From the NCBI GenBank assembly GCA_041322395.1, contig JBGLNQ010000001.1, positions 2,118,961 to 2,182,960 on the forward strand: a stretch of 64,000 bases of DNA, written 5' to 3'. Of the stretch, positions 39,073-48,511 are shown in pieces (within the stretch, counting starts at the first letter, position 1; every line of letters begins with the position of its first letter). Both the position numbers and the translations under genes were made by a program. Below the pieces are notes generated by a model. It was not told the DNA's origin, ran no database searches, and was given only the letters and a program-made list of their open reading frames with translations. Source of the DNA: Sedimentisphaerales bacterium (GTDB lineage Bacteria > Planctomycetota > Phycisphaerae > Sedimentisphaerales > Anaerobacaceae).

Positions 39073-42000
39073 TCACCGCAAGCCGAACAGTCCGCAAACT
39101 GCTCTGTCAACGTCTCCCTCAAGTGTTTCTATCTTTTCGTTGGGGCTTTTCAGTCTAAATTCGTGCAGTATTTCGGATAGCTCACTGAGTCTCTTGTGTG
39201 CCTTGGCCTGTCCGTCAAACTTGGGAATACCCACATGCTCCATCACGGATGGCGCTCCGAACCCTCGACCTGCTGATGAGTATGACTTTATGAACTTGCG
39301 TACAGGCGTTGAATTCACAATCGCGCATAGATAGTGCGCCTCGTCCTTCAATTTCGTCGCAAATAGCGACGTCGTATCCGTTGGAATTATAGTCTTCCAC
39401 CCAAAATCGGTTTTGGCCTGACTTATCACCGCCGCAACCAAATCGCCCGCCATTCGCTTCCAGACAACCTTATAACGCGCAAACGTATAATCGGCGATAT
39501 TGTATTGACTATAAAATGGGTTATCGGTCTCAGAATGGTACTTCTTATATGCTGCTCGCTCTAACAGTTCTCTCTTGAAAAGCGACAAATAGTTATAGGT
39601 TCTTCGCCACCTCCTCCTCATATCGCTCTCTGCATAGCCCATGCGCGTCTTTGGGTCTTGGGCCACAAGTACATATATTTCTGAGGCTGCTCCCCAACGT
39701 TTAATGTCTGAACCCCTAATAGCGGGATACACCAACTCTGCCTCAATCCTCTCCTGGACTTCTCTTACTTCCGTTTTCCCTTTCTCGACAAGATTGCGAA
39801 CCATCAAATCCCCATTCGACAACACCTCTTGCACTTCTACCCAGAACACTCCGTACGGCTCTACGCGAGCGCCAAGGCGTGACTGATACGCATTCTCTCC
39901 TCCGATCAGTTTCACACGTCTATCAGCTTCTTTCAGCGTCTGCCAAGAGCCATTGCTCTTACCTATCGGCCTGGCCATTAGCCGCTCCCTCTGCAAGAGG
40001 CGCTTTGCCTCCTTCAGTGATAAATCGGTCCGTATCCTTCCAACGCCCTTATTTCTTTTCCACTCAGTGTACGGCACCGGATATTCCGTGCTTCCCTGCT
40101 TCCGCAGAAAGATCGCAGCGGTCTTGTTTGCCGCCCCTTCGAATGGCTGCACGGTAGCCAAATCGTGAGCCTTGACTACCTTCAATGTGTCTCTGGCGCC
40201 GAGCCGGAATTTACGAAAGCCCTCTCCAGCGCCCTTCGATTTGAAAACCTCTTGTGTGATTAGAAATCCAAGCGTCCCATTCTTAGCAAGATAATGGTCT
40301 GCCGCCGCATACGTAAACAGCATCGAGAAGTCCTTCTCCCCGCCTCCTAATCGAGCCGCATGTCCCTTGAGCGAGAACAGTCCGTAGTCTTGCCACATCT
40401 CCATAGTGGCTTTGCGATACTCGTCCGACAAATACCCCCACCGAATCCACGGCGGATTGCCCACAACGAACTCGAATTGTGCTGCAGTCATCGGCGCAAA
40501 CACATTTTTCAGGAATCGCGCCCATATCCCATTCTTGCCGTTCTTCTCAAGTTCCAGCATATGCTTGTAGAAGTTCACGACCGCTTTCTCGTGCGGCGGG
40601 AACACGAGGCCTTCCTTCTTAAGCCGCTCAAGCGCTTCGCTCTCACTCCACCCCCCTCTTGCCAATTCCTCTATCACGGGCGCAGCTCGCCTCATCAACA
40701 ATCCCTGGTTATCGACCCATATCTTCGGAACCAAAAAATGCCCCACAGATGTGGGAATCTCGACAACGCCGTCTCCGGTCAACAGCATCTGCCCGGTGCG
40801 CTTCGGCCACAAAACCGAGTCGGCAAGGTAAACGGGGATTTCAAACTCTCCCAATTCCTTAGTCAATTCACCCAGAGCAAACAGATAGTTGGTCCTCGCT
40901 GCAATAACGGCCAGCGGATTAAAGTCGAACCCCCATATATTCGCAACAATCCTCTTGGCCGTCTCAACGCCAAGCGTGCCTTTCTTCCCATCGAATTCCT
41001 TCGCACGCTGTATAGCCAAGACCAAAAATGTGCCCGACCCGCAAGCCGGATCCAGCAGTCGCTTCCGCGTATCACCCTTATATCCAGCCTCGTCCAGAAC
41101 CAACTCCGCTAACCAGTCGGGCGTATAGTACTCGCCAAGATGATGCCTAACCACATCCGGCACAAGATACTGATAAAGCTTCTTCAAAAGGTCACGGGTC
41201 ACCTCCGGCTCAATAGTCGTGGTTGCAGGCTCAAAGTCCGAAAGACCCCGTGCAACCTCACGAATCGCGTCCTGAAGGCGCGGAGAATCAAAGGCCTCCA
41301 AATACCACCGAAAAAAATCGCCCTCAAGGAAATTCGTTATCCCGCGTTTATGGTAAACCCCCCCATTCTCAGTGTCTGTTAAGCGAGCTAACAACTCCTC
41401 AGTTCGACTGTGCACAAGATCGCGGCTAAACGAAGTTGTAAAACTCCCTTCACTTACCAAAACGAGCTCGGCGGCAATAAGCTTCATCAGCAACGCGAAG
41501 TATGTATGCACACAGAATAACATTACCTGGAAATCTACAGCTTTGTCCAAACCGTAGGTCTTCGCAAGCGTTTGTGTCTTCTTCTCCGATCCACCCGCAA
41601 ATTTCTCACCATATACAATCCCGAACAGCCGCTGCCATTCTCCAAAGAATACTTTAGCGCGTCCTGTCCCCCAATTCGCCAGAGCGTCCGCAAATGCGCT
41701 GACGGCACTCTGCGCCAGTTCGCTTTTCGGACCAAACCGCTCAGCCAGATTCTCGGCGGTCAGGGCAACACGCCATAGCGCCCTCAAATATGTAACGAAT
41801 GTAAGTGCGCTTTCTGAATCGAAATTATAGGGTCCGTCTGTGATGAACTCTAACCGCCTGCTTTTTCTCGCTGCTGACTCTCCTTTAACTTTGCATCGTA
41901 CAAAGACCATTGAACTGCCGTCGAAGCCGACGCCCACAATTCGAACCGGCCCCTCAACCTTCTCCTTTCCGCTTCCCTTTGCCTCTGCCGTTAGGTAATC

Positions 42001-42321
42001 TACTAATTGATCGACAGCATGGTCAACACGTCCTTTCGATGAAAACGTGTTAGGGGCTTCGTACTCGATAACCACTTGTCCGTGCACAGCGTCAGGCCGC
42101 CCATTGAAGACTGTCTTCGCCTCAGCGCTCAACCGTTCATATCGCTCATCGAACCTGAACCCTGCGTTTTCGATTAAACGCCCCAGAGCTTTCTCGAACC
42201 CGATGCGCAAGTCCTCCTCCGTTTTAGCCCCTCGCATCACGGTCTTTGTCGCCCTGACTAGTTCATCAGCGATTCTGCGCAGCGATGCACTCGATTCCAA
42301 TTCCTTCTTTATCTTTTTCAT
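39073..42321 (-). CDS. single-chain restriction-modification-like enzyme: N-terminal PD-(D/E)xK-like region, gamma-class N6-adenine DNA methyltransferase, TaqI_C-like TRD (MmeI/Eco57I-like type IIG/IIL architecture)
   Basis: GRPDAVHGQVVIEYEAP (aa 74-90), GEYYTPDWLA (aa 396-405), LLDPACGSGTFLV (aa 422-434) and GNPPW (aa 621-625), followed by about 450 aa of C-terminal specificity-like region. Confidence 0.8.
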   Translation of the reverse strand: MKKIKKELESSASLRRIADELVRATKTVMRGAKTEEDLRIGFEKALGRLIENAGFRFDERYERLSAEAKTVFNGRPDAVHGQVVIEYEAPNTFSSKGRVDHAVDQLVDYLTAEAKGSGKEKVEGPVRIVGVGFDGSSMVFVRCKVKGESAARKSRRLEFITDGPYNFDSESALTFVTYLRALWRVALTAENLAERFGPKSELAQSAVSAFADALANWGTGRAKVFFGEWQRLFGIVYGEKFAGGSEKKTQTLAKTYGLDKAVDFQVMLFCVHTYFALLMKLIAAELVLVSEGSFTTSFSRDLVHSRTEELLARLTDTENGGVYHKRGITNFLEGDFFRWYLEAFDSPRLQDAIREVARGLSDFEPATTTIEPEVTRDLLKKLYQYLVPDVVRHHLGEYYTPDWLAELVLDEAGYKGDTRKRLLDPACGSGTFLVLAIQRAKEFDGKKGTLGVETAKRIVANIWGFDFNPLAVIAARTNYLFALGELTKELGEFEIPVYLADSVLWPKRTGQMLLTGDGVVEIPTSVGHFLVPKIWVDNQGLLMRRAAPVIEELARGGWSESEALERLKKEGLVFPPHEKAVVNFYKHMLELEKNGKNGIWARFLKNVFAPMTAAQFEFVVGNPPWIRWGYLSDEYRKATMEMWQDYGLFSLKGHAARLGGGEKDFSMLFTYAAADHYLAKNGTLGFLITQEVFKSKGAGEGFRKFRLGARDTLKVVKAHDLATVQPFEGAANKTAAIFLRKQGSTEYPVPYTEWKRNKGVGRIRTDLSLKEAKRLLQRERLMARPIGKSNGSWQTLKEADRRVKLIGGENAYQSRLGARVEPYGVFWVEVQEVLSNGDLMVRNLVEKGKTEVREVQERIEAELVYPAIRGSDIKRWGAASEIYVLVAQDPKTRMGYAESDMRRRWRRTYNYLSLFKRELLERAAYKKYHSETDNPFYSQYNIADYTFARYKVVWKRMAGDLVAAVISQAKTDFGWKTIIPTDTTSLFATKLKDEAHYLCAIVNSTPVRKFIKSYSSAGRGFGAPSVMEHVGIPKFDGQAKAHKRLSELSEILHEFRLKSPNEKIETLEGDVDRAVCGLFGLR

Positions 42322-42382
42322 CTAATCGCCAATACCTCATTCAGACACCTATCAAAAACGTCTTTCGCCATCCTACCCCTTC

Positions 42383-42446
42383 AATAATCAATAGTAAATC
42401 GAAGAATCCTGCTTCCCTGTCAAATAATCAATAGTAAATAATCAAT
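42383..42446. repeat. AATAATCAATAGTAAAT word repeats (2.5 copies)
   Basis: Copies at 42383-42399 and 42423-42446. The same word in the same gene-relative orientation lies at 62314-62345. Confidence 0.75.
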
Positions 42447-42463
42447 GGAAGGCCCCCCATCCA

Positions 42464-42517
42464 ACTTTAGCTCACTTTAGGCACTTTAGTTCACTTTAGC
42501 TCACTTTAGCTCACTTA
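42464..42517. repeat. tandem 9-10-nt repeat (ACTTTAGCTC x5, degenerate)
   Basis: actttagctc actttaggc actttagttc actttagctc actttagctc. Confidence 0.85.
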
Positions 42518-42598
42518 ACCCTCCGCCCTTCAACCTATTGCCCTGCCCCGAAGCTCCGAGGCGTGCAACTTGAGGCTGGTTGGGGTATAATCGCCTCG

Positions 42599-43618
42599 AT
42601 GACCTTAGAGAGCCAGATAAAGCAAAGAGCACTCGAATCAGGGTTTGACGCCGTTGGCATAACCGATGCGGCGTCTGTCGATTCGGAGCAGGCCGGGCGG
42701 ATGCACGCATGGCTCGACGCGGGCTTCGCCGCACAAATGCGGTATATGCACCGAAACCTCGAAAAGAGATTAGACCCCTCCAAGCTCCTGAAGAACGCCA
42801 AATCCGTTATCGTCGTCGCCCTGAACTATAAGCCGAAAAACCCCAAACGGAAACATGCCCCCGTCGGCCGTGTGGCTAACTACACACTATATAAGCCTGT
42901 AGGGTGCGATCCTCCGCACTACTCCAACGGTTGCGTCGCCAATTACGCGCTATATGAGGATTATCATCGGTTCATCAAGCAGAGATTACAAAAGCTGGCC
43001 CAATTCATCGCCTCTGTTGCCGGCGAGGATGTCCGCTTCAAAATATGTGTGGATTCGGCCCCCTTGGCCGAGAGGGCGCTGGCAGTCCGGGCGGGCCTGG
43101 GATTCATCGCAAAGAACCATACTCTCACAATCCCGCAACTCGGGCAGGAGGTATTCCTCGCCGAGATTCTAACAACACTCAAGCTCAAGCCGAATAAGCC
43201 CGCATCAGGCCGATGCTCCGACTGCAGCAAATGTATCGAGGCCTGCCCCACCGGCGCTTTGCGACCAGACGGCAGACTCGACGCCAATAAGTGCATAAGC
43301 TACCTGACAATCGAGCACAAAGGAGAAATTCCACCCGACCTGTCCGCGGCGATAGCCGACAGAATCTTCGGATGCGACCGATGCGTGGAAGCCTGCCCCA
43401 TTCAAAAAGAAGCGCCCGCATGCGCCAATAAGGAATTCAAATTCTATCCCGACAGGGCAATGATGGACTTGAAGCAAATTCAAGCGATGACGGAAGAAGA
43501 ATTCCAGAACCAATTCGGCGATTCACCCATAAAACGGCTCGGCCTCGAACGCCTCAAAAGAAACGCCGAAATCTGCACAAAATCCCCACCCCCCATCAAC
43601 AACAAGCCCGAAGCGTAA
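42599..43618 (+). CDS. queG: tRNA epoxyqueuosine(34) reductase
   Basis: CSDCSKCIEACPTGAL and CDRCVEACP ferredoxin motifs, and YLTIEHKGEIP. The start is set at ATG 42599. It carries an apparent 63-nt in-frame insert (see findings). Confidence 0.88.
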   Translation: MTLESQIKQRALESGFDAVGITDAASVDSEQAGRMHAWLDAGFAAQMRYMHRNLEKRLDPSKLLKNAKSVIVVALNYKPKNPKRKHAPVGRVANYTLYKPVGCDPPHYSNGCVANYALYEDYHRFIKQRLQKLAQFIASVAGEDVRFKICVDSAPLAERALAVRAGLGFIAKNHTLTIPQLGQEVFLAEILTTLKLKPNKPASGRCSDCSKCIEACPTGALRPDGRLDANKCISYLTIEHKGEIPPDLSAAIADRIFGCDRCVEACPIQKEAPACANKEFKFYPDRAMMDLKQIQAMTEEEFQNQFGDSPIKRLGLERLKRNAEICTKSPPPINNKPEA

Positions 43619-43674
43619 GGGTCGGGATATTCACGCGATACGCAATACGCCTGCCCCGAGGGGTACATCCGACA

Positions 43675-43775
43675 TGCGCCTGCCCCGAGGGGGATATGCG
43701 ATATTTATTCCCCACGGAGCGCTTTGAGCCGATCTTTTGCAAAGAGATACTTGTCCTGGCCAAGGCGACTGACCA
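43675..43775. repeat. left copy of a perfect 101-bp inverted repeat
   Basis: Exact reverse complement of 58816-58916, compared base by base. A partial tandem copy of its first about 25 nt lies at 43646-43674. Confidence 0.95.
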
Positions 43776-43792
43776 GCGTGCGGAAGATATTT

Positions 43793-46057
43793 ATGCTGAT
43801 TCGCTCCGAAACGGGGCATGATTTTTCTCATTACAAGCGGAATACGATTCAGCGAAGGATCGAGAGGCGTATGGCGGTTCATCAGATAGACAAGATGGAC
43901 GATTATGTACGTTGCCTGCAGGAGAGCTCTGCGGAAGTGGATGCGTTGTTCAAGGACATGCTGATCACGGTAACGAATTTCTTCAGAGACCCGGATGCCT
44001 TCGAGGTTCTGAGCAAGGAAGTGCTGCCGAGTGTGCTGAAGAACAAGGCTGCTGATGATTCCGTACGGGTCTGGGTTCCCGGCTGCGCGACGGGCGAGGA
44101 GGCATATTCAATAGCTATGCTCATCGTGGAGAATATGTCAGAGCTGAACAAACATTTGGCTGTTCAGGTTTTTGCGACGGATATCGACCGGGACGCCGTC
44201 GAATACGCTCGACATGGGTCATATCCGGAGAGCATCGCCGCCGATGTGTCGGTGGAGAGATTGAAGCATTTCTTCGTAAGGGAAGAGAATAGCTTTAGGG
44301 TGAAAAAGCAGCTTCGTGAGATAGTGGTGTTCGCCACTCAAAACCTGACTAAAGACCCGCCGTTTTCCAAGCTGGATTTGGTTAGCTGCCGGAACGTTCT
44401 GATCTATATGGACACTGTTCTTCAGAAGAAGATACTGTCTATGTTTCATTACGTTTTGAATCCCGGCGGGTACATGTTTTTGGGGACGTCCGAGACGACG
44501 GGGGATTCCAGCGACCGCTTCTCGGTGGTCAGCGCGAAATGGAAAGTGTTCGAGCGAAAGGGCGTTTTGGGCGGGAGGGATCCCGGCTATCCGGCAATGC
44601 CGCTATATGATTCGACGGTCGAGGTGCGAAGGGGCGGAGAAAAGGGGGTGCCGAATGAAGCGGGTATCCGCCAGGTTGCGGAGAGGACAATTCTGCAGAA
44701 CTACGCGCCTCCCTGCGTTCTGATCAATCAGAAGTACGAGATTCTGTATTTTCACGGCAAGACCGAGAAATTCCTGACTCCGCCGACGGGAGAGCCTACG
44801 TTCGATATTCTTAAGATGGCTCGGGAAGAGATTCGGTATAGATTGAGCACGATAATTCATCAGGCAGGTAAAGAGAAGAAGGCCGTCACAGCCAAAGGGC
44901 TGCAGATAAAACACGATGGGGATATTGTAATTGTTGACCTGGTTGTCAGGCCTGTAGTGGAGGATGTGCAGGGAGCGGGGCTGATGATGGTTATATTCGA
45001 GAGCAAGGAGTTTACCGGCAAACGCGCCGGGCGGAAGAAAGAGGTTAAAGATCTCGACAAGACGGATTCAGGAATATTCGCGCTGGAACAGGAGCTGCAA
45101 TCGACCAAAGAGTATCTTCAGACGACAATCGAGGAATTGGAGACGAGCAACGAGGAGTTGAAATCGACGAACGAGGAGCTTCAATCGACAAATGAGGAAC
45201 TGCAGAGCACAAACGAAGAACTGGATACGTCAAGAGAAGAGCTTCAATCGACAAATGAAGAGCTGGAAACGGTGAACTCGGAGCTGCAGGACAAGGTGGT
45301 CCAGTTATCGGCCGCCAACGACGACCTGAACAACCTGCTGGGGAGCACGGAGATCGGGACGATCTTCCTGGATATGGATCTTTGCGTCAGTCGATTCACG
45401 CCGTCTGCGAGTAAGATATTCAACCTGATTAAGATGGATACCGGGCGTCCGATCAGCGACATCACCTCGACTATAGACTATCCGAATCTCTGCGCAGACG
45501 CCGAGGAGACCCTTCGAACGCTGGTGCCGAAGCAAACAGATTTGCAGGCAGCCGACGGCAAATGGTATTCGATACGTGTTCTGCCGTATCGAACGGTCGA
45601 GAACGTGATTAATGGAGTTGTTGTCACTTTTGTAGATATTACAAGGCAAATCCAGCAAGATTCGGATGTTCGGCGGCTGGCAACGGTGCTGATGGATTCC
45701 AACGATGCTATCACGGTTCGGGAGTTGGATGGGAGGATTGTTTCCTGGAACAAAGGCGCTGCGAAGATGTACGGCTATACCGAGGACGAGGCCTTGAACA
45801 TGAATGCGGACGCTCTCGTGCCCGAGAGCATTAGGGCGGAGGCGAAACTGTTTGCCCGGGAAATCGCAGCCGGAATAAGTGTCGGCTCTTCCGTCCGGAC
45901 AAAACGCCTGACTAAAGACGGGCGAATCATCGATGTCTGGCTAACGGCCAGTAAGCTTGTGGATGACAGCGGCAAGGTCGTCTCTATTGCGACAACGGAG
46001 CGGGATATCACAGAGCTGATGAAAGTGAGCGGAAAGGAAGAAAATCAGGGGCAGTGA
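43793..46057 (+). CDS. CheR-type methyltransferase fused to coiled-coil and PAS domains (N-terminally truncated or rearranged)
   Basis: GHDFSHYKRNTIQRRIERRM, VTNFFRDP and VWVPGCATGEEAYS, then STNEELQ heptad repeats and two PAS-like regions. The first in-frame ATG outside the repeat is 43793; the track start is 43724. Confidence 0.85.
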   Translation: MLIRSETGHDFSHYKRNTIQRRIERRMAVHQIDKMDDYVRCLQESSAEVDALFKDMLITVTNFFRDPDAFEVLSKEVLPSVLKNKAADDSVRVWVPGCATGEEAYSIAMLIVENMSELNKHLAVQVFATDIDRDAVEYARHGSYPESIAADVSVERLKHFFVREENSFRVKKQLREIVVFATQNLTKDPPFSKLDLVSCRNVLIYMDTVLQKKILSMFHYVLNPGGYMFLGTSETTGDSSDRFSVVSAKWKVFERKGVLGGRDPGYPAMPLYDSTVEVRRGGEKGVPNEAGIRQVAERTILQNYAPPCVLINQKYEILYFHGKTEKFLTPPTGEPTFDILKMAREEIRYRLSTIIHQAGKEKKAVTAKGLQIKHDGDIVIVDLVVRPVVEDVQGAGLMMVIFESKEFTGKRAGRKKEVKDLDKTDSGIFALEQELQSTKEYLQTTIEELETSNEELKSTNEELQSTNEELQSTNEELDTSREELQSTNEELETVNSELQDKVVQLSAANDDLNNLLGSTEIGTIFLDMDLCVSRFTPSASKIFNLIKMDTGRPISDITSTIDYPNLCADAEETLRTLVPKQTDLQAADGKWYSIRVLPYRTVENVINGVVVTFVDITRQIQQDSDVRRLATVLMDSNDAITVRELDGRIVSWNKGAAKMYGYTEDEALNMNADALVPESIRAEAKLFAREIAAGISVGSSVRTKRLTKDGRIIDVWLTASKLVDDSGKVVSIATTERDITELMKVSGKEENQGQ

Positions 46058-46082
46058 CAGCAGGAATCAAAAGGGGCAAGCA

Positions 46083-47336
46083 ATGGGAAAAGGCGATAAA
46101 GCACCAGGGCGGTTAAGCGAGCTTCGCAAGCGAGCGGAGCAGAAAGCCGAGCAGGACATTGTGGCTTTGCGAGATCAGCCTGCGGCGAAGATGCACGAAA
46201 TAGTGCACGAATTGCGGGTGCACCAGATCGAGCTGGAGATGCAGAATGAGGAGCTTCGCCAGGCGCAGTTGGAATTAGAGGGGCTTCGCAGGAAGTACTA
46301 TGACCTGTTCGACTTTGCGCCGGTGGGTTATTTTGCATTCGATGAGAAGGGGCTGATCGTTGATGTGAACCTGACAGGTGCCGATTTGCTGGGCATGCCT
46401 AAGTCCGGACTGCTGAAAAAGGAATTCTCCCATTGGATTGCCCCCGAATCTGAGGACACGTTCTATCTTCACCGCAAGGAGATTATCGGGACCGGCGCGG
46501 CACAGAAATGTGAACTGAAGCTGCGAAAGAGCGATGGGAGCGAGTTCTTCGGGCAATTGGACAGCAAAGTAGAGGTGGACGAAGAGGGCAATTTTGAAGG
46601 AATCCGGACTACGGTAACGGACATCACCGAGCGCTGGAAGGCGGAGCGCGAGCGGTTTGAGTACCAGGCGAGGCTTAAGGCTATGGCTTCACAGCTTTCG
46701 CGGACACAGGAGCTTGAGAGGCAGAAGTTCTCGATGCGACTGCACGATTCGATAAGTCAAAGTCTGGCAGTGGCAAGACTCAATCTGCAGCTATTGGCGC
46801 GGTCGATAACAGATCGCGCGCTGGCAGAGAAGCTCAACGATGTCTCAACAGAGATTCGCGTGATCATGGAGGAGTCGTATTCGCTGATGCTCGAATTGAG
46901 CAGTCCGATACTTTATGAACTCGGCCTGACAGCCGCTGTGGGATCACTGCTGGAATCCAGACTCCTCGATGGCCAAGGCGTCGAGTATGAGCTGGTTGCC
47001 CCGGAAACGCGTCTTGACCTTGATCGCGAGATGCAGGTTACACTGTACCAGGCCGTTCGAGAGCTGCTCGTCAATGCCGTCAAGTACGCAGAGGCCGAGA
47101 AGGTTGAAGTGACAATCGAAAAAGAAGGAGATTGCCTTCGCATTAGTGTCAAGGACGACGGCATTGGTTTTGACGAGTCGGCTGTGAAATCACCGAGCGG
47201 AAAAGGCGGCTTCGGGCTTTTCAACTTGACCGAAAGCCTGGAAGGTCTTGGAGGAAAGCTGAAAATCGAATCCAGGCCGGGACAGGGAACAGTTGCCATT
47301 ATAACGGCGCCTCTGGTATGTGAATCGAAAGTGTAG
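46083..47336 (+). CDS. PAS sensor histidine kinase (HisKA_3 / NarL-partner type)
   Basis: The coiled coil HQIELEMQNEELRQAQ is followed by a PAS domain. The H-box is RLHDSISQSL and the HATPase motif is GGFGLFNLTE. Confidence 0.9.
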   Translation: MGKGDKAPGRLSELRKRAEQKAEQDIVALRDQPAAKMHEIVHELRVHQIELEMQNEELRQAQLELEGLRRKYYDLFDFAPVGYFAFDEKGLIVDVNLTGADLLGMPKSGLLKKEFSHWIAPESEDTFYLHRKEIIGTGAAQKCELKLRKSDGSEFFGQLDSKVEVDEEGNFEGIRTTVTDITERWKAERERFEYQARLKAMASQLSRTQELERQKFSMRLHDSISQSLAVARLNLQLLARSITDRALAEKLNDVSTEIRVIMEESYSLMLELSSPILYELGLTAAVGSLLESRLLDGQGVEYELVAPETRLDLDREMQVTLYQAVRELLVNAVKYAEAEKVEVTIEKEGDCLRISVKDDGIGFDESAVKSPSGKGGFGLFNLTESLEGLGGKLKIESRPGQGTVAIITAPLVCESKV

Positions 47337-47364
47337 TGCCTCATAACATTTGTTTTTGTGACTT

Positions 47365-47430
47365 GTCATTCCCGCGGAAGCGGGAATCCACATGTTGCAG
47401 AAATGGATTCCGCATCAGGTGCGGAATGAC
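47365..47430. repeat. head-to-head pair of family A hairpins
   Basis: gtcattcccgcggaagcgggaatcc at 47365-47389 and ggattccgcatcaggtgcggaatgac at 47405-47430. Confidence 0.85.
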
Positions 47431-47482
47431 AACTCATAGATTCGATTGTTACAGGGTAGTAGTGCAGAATAAGGATATAGCT

Positions 47483-48130
47483 ATGAGAATCTTGATTGCA
47501 GATGACCATGGGATCGTCAGGCAGGGACTGCGAAGCCTGCTCGAAGCTGAGCCGGATTGGGAAGTTATTGGCGAAGCGCCGGATGGACGCACTGCTGTGG
47601 AGATGGCCAAGCAACTGTACCCCGACCTTATCATCATGGATATAACGATGCCGGATTTGAACGGCGTCGATGCGACGCGACAGATCCTCCATCATGATGC
47701 TAAAGCGAAAATCGTAATCCTTTCGGTTCATGCAGAGCCTGATATCGTACGCAGCACACTTACCGCCGGGGCCATGGGCTATGTGCTCAAGACCCATCTA
47801 TTCGAGGACCTCGCAAACGCCATTAGATCGGCTGTTGCGGGCCACCACTATCTCAGCCCGGCGATTGCGGGTGTTGTGATAGACGATTACTTCCATGGGG
47901 GCACAGGCGAACATAGCGGAGTATCCGGCGAACTGAACGGTCGTGAACGGGAAGTTGTCCAACTCATAGCCGAGGGCAAGACTGCCAAGCAGGCGGCCAT
48001 GGTCCTGCACATCAGCCCGAAAACGGTAGATGCCTGCCGACGCCAGGCTATGACCAAGCTTGGCATTTCAAGTGTGGCTGAGCTGACCAAGTACGCCATA
48101 CGCGAGGGGATGACGTCGGCGAATATCTGA
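47483..48130 (+). CDS. NarL/LuxR-family response regulator
   Basis: Receiver domain (MRILIADDHGIVRQGL, DLIIMDITMPDLNG) plus a LuxR HTH (REREVVQLIAEGKTAKQAAMVLHISPKTV). The start is set at ATG 47483. Confidence 0.92.
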   Translation: MRILIADDHGIVRQGLRSLLEAEPDWEVIGEAPDGRTAVEMAKQLYPDLIIMDITMPDLNGVDATRQILHHDAKAKIVILSVHAEPDIVRSTLTAGAMGYVLKTHLFEDLANAIRSAVAGHHYLSPAIAGVVIDDYFHGGTGEHSGVSGELNGREREVVQLIAEGKTAKQAAMVLHISPKTVDACRRQAMTKLGISSVAELTKYAIREGMTSANI

Positions 48131-48511
48131 GTCCCTGGACGCGGATCAGAATCAATTCTTTCCCGCCTGCGGCCTCGGCCGGCCGAAGAGGTCGATAATA
48201 TCCTGCCCTTTCCAGGACGCGTCACTTTCCCAGACCTGATTTGTTGGCGTGATCTTATTGGAAATCGCAGCCGGACGGTAAGGCCCGGTAGATCCCTGGC
48301 GGCGGACAGGGTATAAACTGCCGGGAGATAGCCAAAGGATATTGTTCGACCTTGCCTTGTTGCCGAGATAGGGGGTATTCGCGAGTATTTCGCGATCCGA
48401 ACCGGATAAAACTGCAAATATCCAGAGACGTAATCGGACTTGCCGTGTGCAAGAAATGTTGAAAGAGATGGCGGTCAAATTGGGGGCCATTCAAGCAAGG
48501 GGAAGAATATC

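Noticed and set aside
42464-42517. A tandem short repeat, and repeat-rich spacers elsewhere, considered as possible CRISPR arrays.
   Set aside because: The units are 9-10 nt with no unique spacers. No 25-40-nt direct repeats with regular spacing occur anywhere in the window, and there are no cas genes.
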